A stretch of 29,102 bases of DNA from a virus (IMGVR_UViG_3300032216_000217:1-29102); one strand, 5' to 3'; counted from the stretch's first letter, positions 9,500-17,680 are shown. A program made the numbers and translations. Notes: generated by a model not told the origin, from the letters alone.

Positions 9500-9720
9500 T
9501 TGCGTGTTCTCCGAGCGGTTTTCTTGGCGGGTGGACGACCACGACGCGCTGGTTTTGGCTCTTCTTGCTCAAAGGAATGAAAAAGAATTTCATGGACATC
9601 ACTGACAATTCTTTCGTCCAAGTCTTGAATTACTTTTTTCATTGCATAACGCATGAAACCCAATTCATCAAGATCAAGTTTTATTGAAACTTCATTTTGC
9701 ATTTGTTTTACTTTAATCAT
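9496..9720 (-). CDS. Small protein with C-terminal AT-hook-like basic tail
   Basis: GAGGT SD; RRGRPPAKK; stop overlaps the next start (ATGA). Confidence 0.65.
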   Translation of the reverse strand: MIKVKQMQNEVSIKLDLDELGFMRYAMKKVIQDLDERIVSDVHEILFHSFEQEEPKPARRGRPPAKKTARRTRK

Positions 9721-9729
9721 TTTGTTACC

Positions 9730-10386
9730 TCAAAAAGGAATGTCATCAGCCATGTCATCAAAGCCACTGCTGGTCTCTGGCGCTGGCTTGGTAAATTTTT
9801 GACCGTTATGGCGTTCTTTCCACTCTGGTGTTGCTTGAATCTTTTCTTTTATTTTGTTGCCAAAAGTTTCAAACAATTCCATGTCTGGATTCTCAAGGTC
9901 AAAGATTTTTAACTCGTTATGAGGCTCAGGCAAACCAGCCTTTTTCATTTGAGGCGACACTGGATTGATGCTAGAGATGTTGGTGTACTCGTTGCCATCG
10001 TTGCCAGTTTCTTTGACAACAGACAGCAAAGCCCAAGCGCCTAATACGTTCTTAAGTTGGAACCCATTTAGTTCATCTTTTGTAAATGCACGAGAACGCC
10101 AGTTTTCAAGTTCTTGCCGCAAGATAGCCTTCTCTTCAAGGCTGGCGGTAAAGTTTTTGCTGATGGACATTGGCTCACCTTTGTCGGTCACCACAGGGTT
10201 GCCATTGGCATCCTCGCTATGAACTTCAAATTGCAACATAACTTTCGGCTGTTGCTTGGCTGTGCCTTTCCAAGTGGTGGTCTGGGTTCCCATGTCCACA
10301 ACTCGGTAGCATCGCGCTAGATGCATCCCCGGCGGTACGGGTTTGAATGAGGACGTGCCTCCTGATGCTTTCACTGTTAATCCCAT
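9730..10386 (-). CDS. Phage single-stranded DNA-binding protein-like
   Basis: Start revised to 10386 (CAGGAG SD, TAATG coupling, MGLTVKA...); PPG.H.ARC N-terminus; acidic SSB-type tail DDMADDIPF; adjacent to the exonuclease. Confidence 0.8.
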   Translation of the reverse strand: MGLTVKASGGTSSFKPVPPGMHLARCYRVVDMGTQTTTWKGTAKQQPKVMLQFEVHSEDANGNPVVTDKGEPMSISKNFTASLEEKAILRQELENWRSRAFTKDELNGFQLKNVLGAWALLSVVKETGNDGNEYTNISSINPVSPQMKKAGLPEPHNELKIFDLENPDMELFETFGNKIKEKIQATPEWKERHNGQKFTKPAPETSSGFDDMADDIPF

Positions 10387-10568
10387 TATTCGCTCCTGAT
10401 TGATATGGTTTCTAAAGTCACAATTGGACGCTTGGGCAAACCGCATTCACTGCGGATAATGTTCCAGTCGTCCCCACTAGCAACGCCTGCCTCAGCCCTT
10501 TCCAAAGCCTCCTCAAGCATTTGCATTCTTTCCAACATAAGTTGGTGCATTTCATCTTCACTGTGCAT
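10386..10568 (-). CDS. Hypothetical protein, 60 aa, first gene of the leftward operon
   Basis: Stop overlaps the SSB start; directly downstream of the leftward promoter. Confidence 0.7.
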   Translation of the reverse strand: MHSEDEMHQLMLERMQMLEEALERAEAGVASGDDWNIIRSECGLPKRPIVTLETISIRSE

Positions 10569-10582
10569 AGTTCGCTTTCGAG

Positions 10583-10657
10583 TTAAACACGCCCAAGTGT
10601 ATCATGTTTAATCTGGTCTTGCACAAATATTTTTTCTGGTGTAACATCCGCTTAACC
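10583..10657. promoter_or_regulatory. Divergent promoter/operator region
   Basis: Rightward TTGCAC(10619-24)-17-TAACAT(10642-47); leftward extended -10 TGaTACACT (10604-10596); operator-like GTTTAA-N7-TTGCAC (10606-24) and GTGTAA-N7-TTAACC (10639-57). Confidence 0.7.
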
Positions 10658-10671
10658 AAGAAGGGGATAAG

Positions 10672-10884
10672 ATGACATTACAAGAATTTTTTAAAGACAA
10701 ACCAAGGGGGTCGATGATTGCTATGGCTCGCAAGTTGGGTATTAGCAAAACTTGGTTTTCGTTGATTGTTACGGGGCGACAACTGCCTAGCCCCGAACTG
10801 GCTCGAGACATTGAGTCGAGCACTGGCAGAAAAGTGAAGAGGGCTGAACTTAGGCCCGACATATTTGGAAAGACAGCGAAATGA
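10672..10884 (+). CDS. Cro/YdaS-like helix-turn-helix regulator
   Basis: 70 aa; MARKLGISKTWFS HTH; C-terminal ELRPDIFG typical of Cro/YdaS; first gene of the rightward operon. Confidence 0.85.
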   Translation: MTLQEFFKDKPRGSMIAMARKLGISKTWFSLIVTGRQLPSPELARDIESSTGRKVKRAELRPDIFGKTAK

Positions 10885-11531
10885 TATGGTACAAATTCCA
10901 CATAGGCGACTACATCTCACACACCATGCACTTAGACGATGCCGAGGATTTGGCATACCGTCGCTTGTTGGATTGGTACTACATGGGCGAAAAGCCCCTG
11001 CCACTCGATACAGTTTTGATTGCTCGACGCATTCGTTTGGACGAAGACGTTGTCACACCTGTGTTGAATGAGTTCTTTCAAAAGACAGATGAAGGCTATA
11101 TCAATGGCCGCGCCGACAAGGAAATTGCCGCCTACAACGTAAGGGTGGAATTAAACAGAAGGTCGGCAAAATTGGGTGGTAGACCAAAAACCATTGAGGT
11201 TTCCAAAGAAGAACCATTAAGCCCCCCCAAACAGAACAGAACAGATACAGAACAGAAGAAAGACATTACGTCGACCAAGTCGATTAGATTCTCAGAGTTT
11301 TGGGATGTATGGCCGAAATCACCACGAAAGGTGGCAAAGTCGACCTGCGAGAAGAAGTGGCAGGCTGGTGGTCTGGATGGGGTGGCTGACCAAATCATTG
11401 CCCACGTTAATGCCTTAAAAGGTACAGAGCAGTGGACAAAGGGTTTTGAGCCTGCGCCACAGACCTACCTGAGCCAACAGAGGTGGTTGGATGGCGATGA
11501 GCCTACCAGCCCCTTCAGGAGGGGTGTATGA
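10881..11531 (+). CDS. DUF1376 (YdaU-like) replication initiator
   Basis: WYKFHIGDYISHTMHL...EDLAYRRLLDWYY N-terminus; GGRP linker; C-terminal F.EFW..WP...K...P.TYL.Q.RW domain. Confidence 0.88.
   Translation: MIWYKFHIGDYISHTMHLDDAEDLAYRRLLDWYYMGEKPLPLDTVLIARRIRLDEDVVTPVLNEFFQKTDEGYINGRADKEIAAYNVRVELNRRSAKLGGRPKTIEVSKEEPLSPPKQNRTDTEQKKDITSTKSIRFSEFWDVWPKSPRKVAKSTCEKKWQAGGLDGVADQIIAHVNALKGTEQWTKGFEPAPQTYLSQQRWLDGDEPTSPFRRGV
11188..11263. other. Candidate replication origin inside the initiator gene
   Basis: AACCATT repeats at 11189 and 11212 followed by an A-rich ACAGA array (five copies, 11231-11256); same position as lambdoid origins within O-like genes. Confidence 0.5.
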
Positions 11532-11938
11532 GCCTCGATAGGCTACTCAACAGCCTGACCAAGGTCAAAGGCCGTAAAGGCTCTTGGACAGCCGCCTGCC
11601 CAGCCCATGCTGACAAGTCGCCTTCATTGGCCGTGCGTCAGGTAGAGGATGGCCGCATCCTGCTCCACTGCTTTGGTGGGTGCTCGGTGCATGATGTCTT
11701 GGGCGCGGTGGGCATGGATATGTCCGACTTATTCCCTGACAACGGCGAAAACAAAAAAGCGGTCAAGCCTGCGTTCTATGCCACAGACCTATTACGGGTT
11801 ATTGCTTTTGAAACCTTAGTGGTTTCCATAGGTGCAAGTGACATGAGCAAGGGTAAACAACTCAGCGAAAAGGATTTACAGAGAATGCAAAAAGCGGCAC
11901 AACGAATTCAAGAAGCGGCGAGGTATGCAAATGTCTGA
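11528..11938 (+). CDS. Stand-alone primase zinc-binding-domain protein
   Basis: CPAH.D..PSL...LLHCFGGC (CHC2-like); no TOPRIM motif; only 136 aa. Confidence 0.8.
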   Translation: MSLDRLLNSLTKVKGRKGSWTAACPAHADKSPSLAVRQVEDGRILLHCFGGCSVHDVLGAVGMDMSDLFPDNGENKKAVKPAFYATDLLRVIAFETLVVSIGASDMSKGKQLSEKDLQRMQKAAQRIQEAARYANV

Positions 11939-12929
11939 CCTCGAGCAAATTGCACAGCGACTAGATGAGTCACGTCACAACCGAGAGTTTGGCCCTGACG
12001 ACTTTGATGTCGACCAGTATTACGAGCCAAGCGATGTTCACCTGAAGGTGCGCGTGGCAAAGGACTACCTAGCGGAAATCATTGACGATGTGGTCAACCC
12101 AAAGGTGGAGCAGGTTTCCAGTATGCCGTGGTCTAAGTCAGTGCATAGTTTTAACTACCGCCCCGGCGAGGTCACCATATACGCTGGCTCCAACGGCGGC
12201 GGCAAGTCCATGATTACGGGCCAAGTTGCCTTGGGTTTAATTAAGCAAAAGCAACGCATCTGCATAGCATCGTTTGAGATGAAGCCCAAGCGCACATTGT
12301 TTCGGATGATGCGCCAGTTTGCTGGTGAGGACATAAGCCGCCCACGCTACATGGACAAGGAGCGCTACATTGGTGGCCTAGCCGAGAGGTTTGATGCATT
12401 TTGTGGCGACAACCTTTGGCTTTATGACCAACAGGGAACAACGTCTGCGATGCAGGTTATTGCGATGGCGCGTTACTGTGCGGTTGAGTTGCGGGTTACT
12501 CACATATTTATTGACTCATTGATGAAGTGCGTGGCTGGCGAAGATGACTACAACGCGCAGAAGTCTTTTGTGGATGCCATCACCGCGCTGGCGCGTGACC
12601 ACAACGTCCACATTCACTTGATTCACCACATTCGCAAGTTGGCGAACGAAGAGATGATGCCTAACAAAAACGACATCAAAGGCACGGGCGCGATTGCTGA
12701 CCAAGTCGATAACGTGTTGCTGATGTGGCGCAACAAGAAAAAAGAACACGACGCACAGCAGGGCAAATCAGTTGACTTAAAAACTCCTGATGCCATGTTG
12801 ATGTGTGAGAAGCAACGCAACGGCGAGGCTGAAGAGTGGTATCACCTTTGGTATCACAAAGACAGCCAGCAGTTTGTTGAGAATTCAGACAGCGTGCCGA
12901 TGGCATTTGATAACGGGGGGCGGTTTTGA
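11925..12929 (+). CDS. SF4 (DnaB/T7 gp4-like) replicative helicase
   Basis: Walker A GSNGGGKS, SFEM, Walker B IFIDS, HLIHHIRK, DIKGTGAIAD, KQRNG. Confidence 0.92.
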   Translation: MQMSDLEQIAQRLDESRHNREFGPDDFDVDQYYEPSDVHLKVRVAKDYLAEIIDDVVNPKVEQVSSMPWSKSVHSFNYRPGEVTIYAGSNGGGKSMITGQVALGLIKQKQRICIASFEMKPKRTLFRMMRQFAGEDISRPRYMDKERYIGGLAERFDAFCGDNLWLYDQQGTTSAMQVIAMARYCAVELRVTHIFIDSLMKCVAGEDDYNAQKSFVDAITALARDHNVHIHLIHHIRKLANEEMMPNKNDIKGTGAIADQVDNVLLMWRNKKKEHDAQQGKSVDLKTPDAMLMCEKQRNGEAEEWYHLWYHKDSQQFVENSDSVPMAFDNGGRF

Positions 12930-13171
12930 ATGACACGCAGGAAGAAGCAGACAGAGAGCGTAAACATATGTACCGTTGTCTCGTTCGGGAAGTCATCAAG
13001 ATGCGTATCAAAGATAGGGGTGGCGCATACAGTTGGCTCCACGGTCACGTTGACCATACTGGGAGGCGGCACAAAGGATGGAATGAACTTCACCCCGAAT
13101 CTAACCTTGAAAAAGATGTTAGAGACCAATGGACTAAAGGCAACCGAGGTAACACAGGAGAATGGAAATGA
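12926..13171 (+). CDS. Hypothetical protein, 81 aa
   Basis: ATGA coupling to the helicase and to the next gene. Confidence 0.7.
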   Translation: MNDTQEEADRERKHMYRCLVREVIKMRIKDRGGAYSWLHGHVDHTGRRHKGWNELHPESNLEKDVRDQWTKGNRGNTGEWK

Positions 13172-13419
13172 AAACTGAAAAATTTGATGAAAATATTAAT
13201 TTAATGCGTTTGGAAAATGGGCCAGATAAAAGATTGAGTGAATTGTTTTTGTCGCCAGATACGCAAACAACAGCGGCTGTGTTTTTCTTTTTTAAAAAAT
13301 CTGGAGAACTTGTTCTTGAGGGACGAACTGGGGACACCGAAGAATCAAAAGTATTTTTGCAAAATGTTATGTTTATTCTAAATTCATGGATAAGCGAAAG
13401 CGAAAATTTTAATGATTGA
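13168..13419 (+). CDS. AT-rich hypothetical protein
   Basis: AGGAG SD 7 nt before the ATG at 13168 (ATGA overlap); fills the gap to rusA. Confidence 0.6.
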   Translation: MKTEKFDENINLMRLENGPDKRLSELFLSPDTQTTAAVFFFFKKSGELVLEGRTGDTEESKVFLQNVMFILNSWISESENFND

Positions 13420-13759
13420 ATTAACTCTGCCTTGGCCTCCATCGGTCAACACTTATTGGCGCACCTTCAATGGTCGAATGATTATTTCGGCTAAGGGGCG
13501 CGAGTACCGCGAGACTGTTGGTGACCAGATGACATTGCAGAAAACCATCAAACACTTTACTGGCCCGCTGTGCGTGGAGATTGAAGCATGGCGACCAGAC
13601 AAACGACGCAGAGACTTAGACAACTTGCTGAAAGCAACTCTCGATGGGCTGGCGCACGCTGGCGTATATGAGGACGACTCTCAGATCGTTGACTTAAGAA
13701 TCTATTGGGCCAAAGACCTTGGCGGAATGTTGAAAATTAAAATTGAGGAAATTTTATGA
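13412..13759 (+). CDS. rusA: RusA Holliday junction resolvase
   Basis: LPWPPSVNTYW, PDKRRRDLDNLLKATLDGL, DDSQI. Confidence 0.95.
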   Translation: MIELTLPWPPSVNTYWRTFNGRMIISAKGREYRETVGDQMTLQKTIKHFTGPLCVEIEAWRPDKRRRDLDNLLKATLDGLAHAGVYEDDSQIVDLRIYWAKDLGGMLKIKIEEIL

Positions 13760-14028
13760 TTGCATATGCGTTTCGTTTTCTTAATGACGACGACAAACCG
13801 ACAGGTTGGTATGGGATTGCTTTTGCGCCAGACAAAAGAGAATTGTTTTGGCAAATTGACCAGCATGGTGACCCATACGGTTGTGAAATAAAAGTATTGC
13901 ATCGTGGTAGTTGTTGTCTTTTGCAAAGTGAAGATGATGAATTTGTAGATGCGGACATTGACACAGATTTTTTAATTAATGACAAACCTTGGGTAAAGCC
14001 AACTTGGAAGAAACCACATGAAAAATGA
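13756..14028 (+). CDS. Hypothetical protein, 90 aa
   Basis: GAGG SD; ATGA overlap with rusA. Confidence 0.65.
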   Translation: MIAYAFRFLNDDDKPTGWYGIAFAPDKRELFWQIDQHGDPYGCEIKVLHRGSCCLLQSEDDEFVDADIDTDFLINDKPWVKPTWKKPHEK

Positions 14029-14209
14029 ACCAGATTGGATTGATGTGCTGGCTTTAGTTGCTATGCATTCATTAATGCGAACAGCGCCAAAAAATGCACG
14101 CAGTGAAGACATTGCTTACGAGGCTTATAGACAAGCGGAGGCAATGATGGAAGCGAAAGAAAGATTTACAAGCGAAGGAGAAAGCGATGATGCAACCAGA
14201 TTTGTTTGA
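14018..14209 (+). CDS. Hypothetical protein, 63 aa
   Basis: Coupled ORF; A..AY..A.AMM pattern common in small phage proteins. Confidence 0.65.
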   Translation: MKNEPDWIDVLALVAMHSLMRTAPKNARSEDIAYEAYRQAEAMMEAKERFTSEGESDDATRFV

Positions 14210-14747
14210 TGGTGAGTTCAATCCATTAAAAGAAGCAAGAGATAAGTTTTTTAATGCTTTGCCAGATGGCGGATCGATGTGTCCATGTTGCGACCGCATG
14301 GGTCGATTGAACAAGTACACCCTCAACAGTTCAATGGTTGCCGCATTGCTTTGGATGAGTAGGACAGTGACACTTGATGATGGCTGGGTAAAGATGGGCA
14401 AGAAAGCCCCAGCATGGATATTGGCAAGCAAAGCATTTAGCACGATGAAGTTCTGGGGCTTTGTCGAGCCTGCTCCAAAGATGGATATCTTCGAGCGCAA
14501 TGCGATTGGTATGAAAACAAAGACAAGCGGTCACTGGAGAGTAACGGCAAAAGGCTATGAGTTTTTAAAAGGCCAATTGCAAGTGCCATCTGCGGCAATT
14601 GTTTACAACGATGAATTGTTTGGATGGGTTGATGAAAGCGTCAATTTTTTTCAAGCAATTTCAAAGCAGTTTGACTATAACGAAATGATGAGCATCAATT
14701 ACAACTGGTATCAAGAGCCACGAAGAATTGATGGTCGTGATGATTAA
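14187..14747 (+). CDS. Hypothetical protein with CPCC motif, possibly winged-helix DNA-binding
   Basis: AAGGAG SD; CPCCDR; WGFVE...SGHWRVTAKGYEF wing-like motif. Confidence 0.65.
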   Translation: MMQPDLFDGEFNPLKEARDKFFNALPDGGSMCPCCDRMGRLNKYTLNSSMVAALLWMSRTVTLDDGWVKMGKKAPAWILASKAFSTMKFWGFVEPAPKMDIFERNAIGMKTKTSGHWRVTAKGYEFLKGQLQVPSAAIVYNDELFGWVDESVNFFQAISKQFDYNEMMSINYNWYQEPRRIDGRDD

Positions 14748-14779
14748 ATTATTAAGGTTTATTTAAAAGGAGAAAATCA

Positions 14780-14905
14780 ATGTATCTTGATTCTTTTTGG
14801 ACGGCTATCTTTGTCACATTTGCATTGACAGGTGTGTTGACATGGATCGTTGGGCTATTTGCTGTTTGGTTTTATTGGATGAGTAATCGTCCTCCACAGG
14901 AGTAA
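14780..14905 (+). CDS. 41-aa single-pass membrane protein (not in ORF track)
   Basis: AAGGAG SD; MYLDSFWTAIFVTFALTGVLTWIVGLFAVWFYWMSNRPPQE; stop 3 nt before the next start. Confidence 0.7.
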   Translation: MYLDSFWTAIFVTFALTGVLTWIVGLFAVWFYWMSNRPPQE

Positions 14906-14908
14906 GGC

Positions 14909-15241
14909 ATGACTGAAGACAGAGACCCGCACAAAGCGGTTGATTACATATTGAAAAACGCCGCTTTGTTTGCAAAGGCTAAGGCGGAGCGTACATACAT
15001 CGAGCATTTCCGCAAAAGCCTTAAAGGTATTTTGATGAAGCGAAGCATGGAGACCGCCATCGGAGCGCAGGAGCGTGAGGCGTATGCACACCCAGAGATG
15101 GTTCAGTTGCTTGAGGGCTTGAGGGCGGCGGTAGAGGTTGAAGAAAAATTGAAGTGGGATATCACAGCCGCTGAACTGCGTGTAGAGATATGGCGCACTG
15201 AGCAGGCAAATAACAGAGCAGAAGGAAAGGTTACGCAATGA
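14909..15241 (+). CDS. Helical hypothetical protein, 110 aa (loosely UvsY-like)
   Basis: AGGAG SD; coiled-coil pattern. The UvsY resemblance is weak and unverified. Confidence 0.7.
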   Translation: MTEDRDPHKAVDYILKNAALFAKAKAERTYIEHFRKSLKGILMKRSMETAIGAQEREAYAHPEMVQLLEGLRAAVEVEEKLKWDITAAELRVEIWRTEQANNRAEGKVTQ

Positions 15242-15435
15242 CACAAGATGAAATCATTGAGATGGCTAGACAGGCTGGCGTTAGAGATGACGAGAACATC
15301 TTTGAATTTAGCGAATATAAATATCTTGAACGCTTTGCCAAACTGGTAGCAGACAAAGAACGTGAAAAATGTGCAGAAATTGCAAAATGGCATCAAGACA
15401 TGGCGGCTGAAATTCGAGCAAGGGGACAAGCATGA
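15238..15435 (+). CDS. Hypothetical protein, 65 aa
   Basis: ATGA-coupled; IIEMARQAG...ERFAKLV..ERE.CA...IRARG pattern. Confidence 0.7.
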   Translation: MTQDEIIEMARQAGVRDDENIFEFSEYKYLERFAKLVADKEREKCAEIAKWHQDMAAEIRARGQA

Positions 15436-15653
15436 CACCAGAAGACGAAGCGTTTGCGGATATTGAAAGAAACCAAAGGAGTGCAGAGGGTTGGCGCAAG
15501 CGGCACATTCTTGCCGCTCGAACTAGCATTGAATCCTTTGAGGATTGGGAACATAGTCATCAACCACAGCAATTTTGGGTAGAGCGCCGTGCATACCTTG
15601 CAGGCTTTGAGGCTGGTCGCAAGTATGAGAGATTGGTAGAAACCAATGACTGA
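15432..15653 (+). CDS. Hypothetical protein, 73 aa
   Basis: ATGA-coupled. Confidence 0.65.
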   Translation: MTPEDEAFADIERNQRSAEGWRKRHILAARTSIESFEDWEHSHQPQQFWVERRAYLAGFEAGRKYERLVETND

Positions 15654-15792
15654 GAAGCCACCAACTTGTCAGGTGTGCCGCAGGCAACCAGCGGACGTAA
15701 GGGGTAGGAACAGCAGGGGTGCGCCCCAGTGGCGATGCCAGACTTGCCACGACCTCAAGAATCGAGTCGGCTTTACCAACAGAAAACAATGA
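15646..15792 (+). CDS. 48-aa Zn-finger protein (not in ORF track)
   Basis: MTEKPPTCQVCRRQPADVRGRNSRGAPQWRCQTCHDLKNRVGFTNRKQ; two CxxC motifs; stop overlaps the next ATG. Confidence 0.7.
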   Translation: MTEKPPTCQVCRRQPADVRGRNSRGAPQWRCQTCHDLKNRVGFTNRKQ

Positions 15793-16091
15793 CAACTCTC
15801 AAAGAAAAAAAGCACATGAGCGCGGTGGCCGAGTTGGGTTGCGCCGTGTGCCGTCGAATGGGCTACCCCGGCACGCCAGCAGAACTGCACCATCCAAGGC
15901 GATTGGCGGGGGGCTGGGGGCGCTCTAGCCACATGACGGTCATACCGCTATGTCCAGAGCACCACAGAGGCTCTACGGGCGTTCACGGGCTTGGAACGAA
16001 GGGCTTCCCTAAGCACTACGGCTATGAGGAGACCGATCTGTTAGAGGACACCCTAAAGTTGCTTGGATACGACACTAGGGAAACTACTTAG
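15789..16091 (+). CDS. Ref-like (RecA-dependent) HNH nuclease
   Basis: Start revised to 15789 (ATGA overlap); GCAVC, ELHH, IPLCPEHHRG, GVH motifs. Confidence 0.8.
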   Translation: MTTLKEKKHMSAVAELGCAVCRRMGYPGTPAELHHPRRLAGGWGRSSHMTVIPLCPEHHRGSTGVHGLGTKGFPKHYGYEETDLLEDTLKLLGYDTRETT

Positions 16092-16139
16092 AAAATATTT
16101 TTAAAAAGTAGTTGACATCGTTTAAGACTGCATTAAACT
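16076..16139 (+). promoter_or_regulatory. Early promoter P1 with upstream TAGGG box and operator
   Basis: TTGACA(16112-17)-16-TAAACT(16134-39); GTTTAA-N7-TTAAAC at 16120-38; TAGGGAAACTACTTA at 16076-90. Confidence 0.8.
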
Positions 16140-16193
16140 ACATACATCGACACAGCAATATCGCACAGTCGATACAGTGAAGGAAACAGCGAA

Positions 16194-16478
16194 ATGAACA
16201 ACGATCTCAACCTCAACAGCGTAGACACTCTCGGTGCTTTGTTGGCACAAATTGCCGACCTCACCAAACAAGCCGATTCCATCAAGGACGGCATCAAGGA
16301 CAGCGCCAGCAAGGGCGGCGACAAAGTTGTCGAGGGTGCGCTCTTCAAGGCCACCTACATCGAGAGCAACCGCTCAGTGTTCGACAAGGATGCATTCATC
16401 AAAGAGTTTGGCGCAGACGCATACGCCAAGTACACCAAGGTCTCGGCAGTGTTTTCTGTCAAGGTCACCAGCAAGTAA
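16194..16478 (+). CDS. Hypothetical protein, 94 aa
   Basis: AAGGA SD; directly downstream of P1. Confidence 0.8.
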   Translation: MNNDLNLNSVDTLGALLAQIADLTKQADSIKDGIKDSASKGGDKVVEGALFKATYIESNRSVFDKDAFIKEFGADAYAKYTKVSAVFSVKVTSK

Positions 16479-16485
16479 ACCCAAC

Positions 16486-16499
16486 GCCCCTTCGGGGGC
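16486..16499 (+). other. Intergenic cUUCGg hairpin
   Basis: GCCCC-TTCG-GGGGC with no U tract. Confidence 0.7.
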
Positions 16500-16520
16500 A
16501 TACAGCGAAAGGAAAGCGAC

Positions 16521-16709
16521 ATGGACAATTTCACAGCAACAGGATTAGCAGAGGGCTTCATTGAGGCCGACAGCGAAGAGCAGGTAATCGAGGCGTGGCA
16601 ACACCTTGTCGATACTGGCTTGGCTTGGAGACTGCAAGGCTGGTTTGGCCGCACAGCCCAGCACCTTATCAACGAAGGCGTGATCAGCGCACCAGAGGTG
16701 ACAGCATGA
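16521..16709 (+). CDS. Hypothetical protein, 62 aa
   Basis: AAGGA SD; WQHLVDTGLAWRLQGWFGRTA motif. Confidence 0.8.
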   Translation: MDNFTATGLAEGFIEADSEEQVIEAWQHLVDTGLAWRLQGWFGRTAQHLINEGVISAPEVTA

Positions 16710-16912
16710 ACTATGGCCAATGGCACGCGACCTTCGTCAACAAGGTCAAAGAATACGACTGGTACACCTGCCGTCGGGCGTTGTTTGATTGCCACGACAC
16801 GTTGGCCCATCACCCAGACCTGCCCACCGATGACCCCTACTACGTCAAACTGTGGGCCGAAATTGACGCACTGCGTGAACGCCAACTAAAAATTTCAAAG
16901 GCAACAGCATGA
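16706..16912 (+). CDS. Hypothetical protein, 68 aa
   Basis: Start revised to 16706 (GAGGTG SD, ATGA overlap). Confidence 0.75.
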   Translation: MNYGQWHATFVNKVKEYDWYTCRRALFDCHDTLAHHPDLPTDDPYYVKLWAEIDALRERQLKISKATA

Positions 16913-17091
16913 AACATACAGAGCACGAATACATCGACCTCGGTTATCGGTTCGAGAGGGCCGCCAGCCCAGAGGTCGGGCAGGCTACCGCGCAGGCCAT
17001 TAGAACGCTCTTGGAGAGCGAAACGATTGAAGACCGAACCGAAGCCCGCTACCTTGTCGAGCGTGGCCGTCAGGAAGCGAGGACACAATGA
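16909..17091 (+). CDS. Hypothetical protein, 60 aa
   Basis: ATGA-coupled. Confidence 0.7.
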   Translation: MKHTEHEYIDLGYRFERAASPEVGQATAQAIRTLLESETIEDRTEARYLVERGRQEARTQ

Positions 17092-17270
17092 GCGAGACCA
17101 CTATGAGCGAATACATCAAAGGCTTTGACCACGGGTGCGATTACATCGTCGCGGAGATTGAGCGCCAGATCAAAGAGGCCAACAGCCACGATGCGATGGT
17201 GCTGGTTGACCTTGTCGACCGATTGAAAATGCAAGGCAAATATGACTTAGGGAAAGTACCTACAAAATAA
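17088..17270 (+). CDS. Hypothetical protein, 60 aa
   Basis: GAGGA SD; ATGA-coupled. Confidence 0.7.
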   Translation: MSETTMSEYIKGFDHGCDYIVAEIERQIKEANSHDAMVLVDLVDRLKMQGKYDLGKVPTK

Positions 17271-17311
17271 TTTAAAAAAGTTGTTGACATTGTTTAAGTT
17301 GGTGTTATACT
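17248..17311 (+). promoter_or_regulatory. Early promoter P2
   Basis: TTGACA(17284-89)-16-TATACT(17306-11) with TG extension; GTTTAA-N7-TTATAC; TAGGGAAAGTACCTA at 17248-62. Confidence 0.85.
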
Positions 17312-17364
17312 AATAACACTGACACAGCAAAACGCATAGTCAGTTAACAGAGAAGGAAAGCGAA

Positions 17365-17631
17365 ATGAGAGCAATCATCAAAGCGGCATTGAAGATCGAC
17401 GAGTTGGCATACGACTTGGAATGCATTTCAGGCGATGACAAAAAAGAGATCGACGATTACACCGACTCAGAAATCTTGCATGAGGCCAAACACGTTTTAG
17501 GACTCTTCTTGGATGGGTTGAACCCACATTGGAACTACGAAGACCTGCACGGCGAGAATGGCCCAGAACAGCAGGCGTGGGCGCGTGGAGAAGTCCGCAA
17601 ACTCAAAGCCTTTATCAAGAAGTACAACTGA
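17365..17631 (+). CDS. Hypothetical protein, 88 aa
   Basis: AAGGA SD; downstream of P2. Confidence 0.78.
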   Translation: MRAIIKAALKIDELAYDLECISGDDKKEIDDYTDSEILHEAKHVLGLFLDGLNPHWNYEDLHGENGPEQQAWARGEVRKLKAFIKKYN

Positions 17632-17637
17632 CCAACC

Positions 17638-17653
17638 GGGGGCCAAGGCCCCC
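17638..17653 (+). other. Intergenic GC hairpin
   Basis: GGGGGC-CAAG-GCCCCC with no U tract. Confidence 0.65.
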
Positions 17654-17680
17654 ATTCAAAAGCGAAAAGGAAAGCGAATC

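Noticed and set aside
14803-14860. TTGACA hexamers within the 41-aa membrane gene
   Set aside because: No good -10 partner; explained by Leu-Thr codons.
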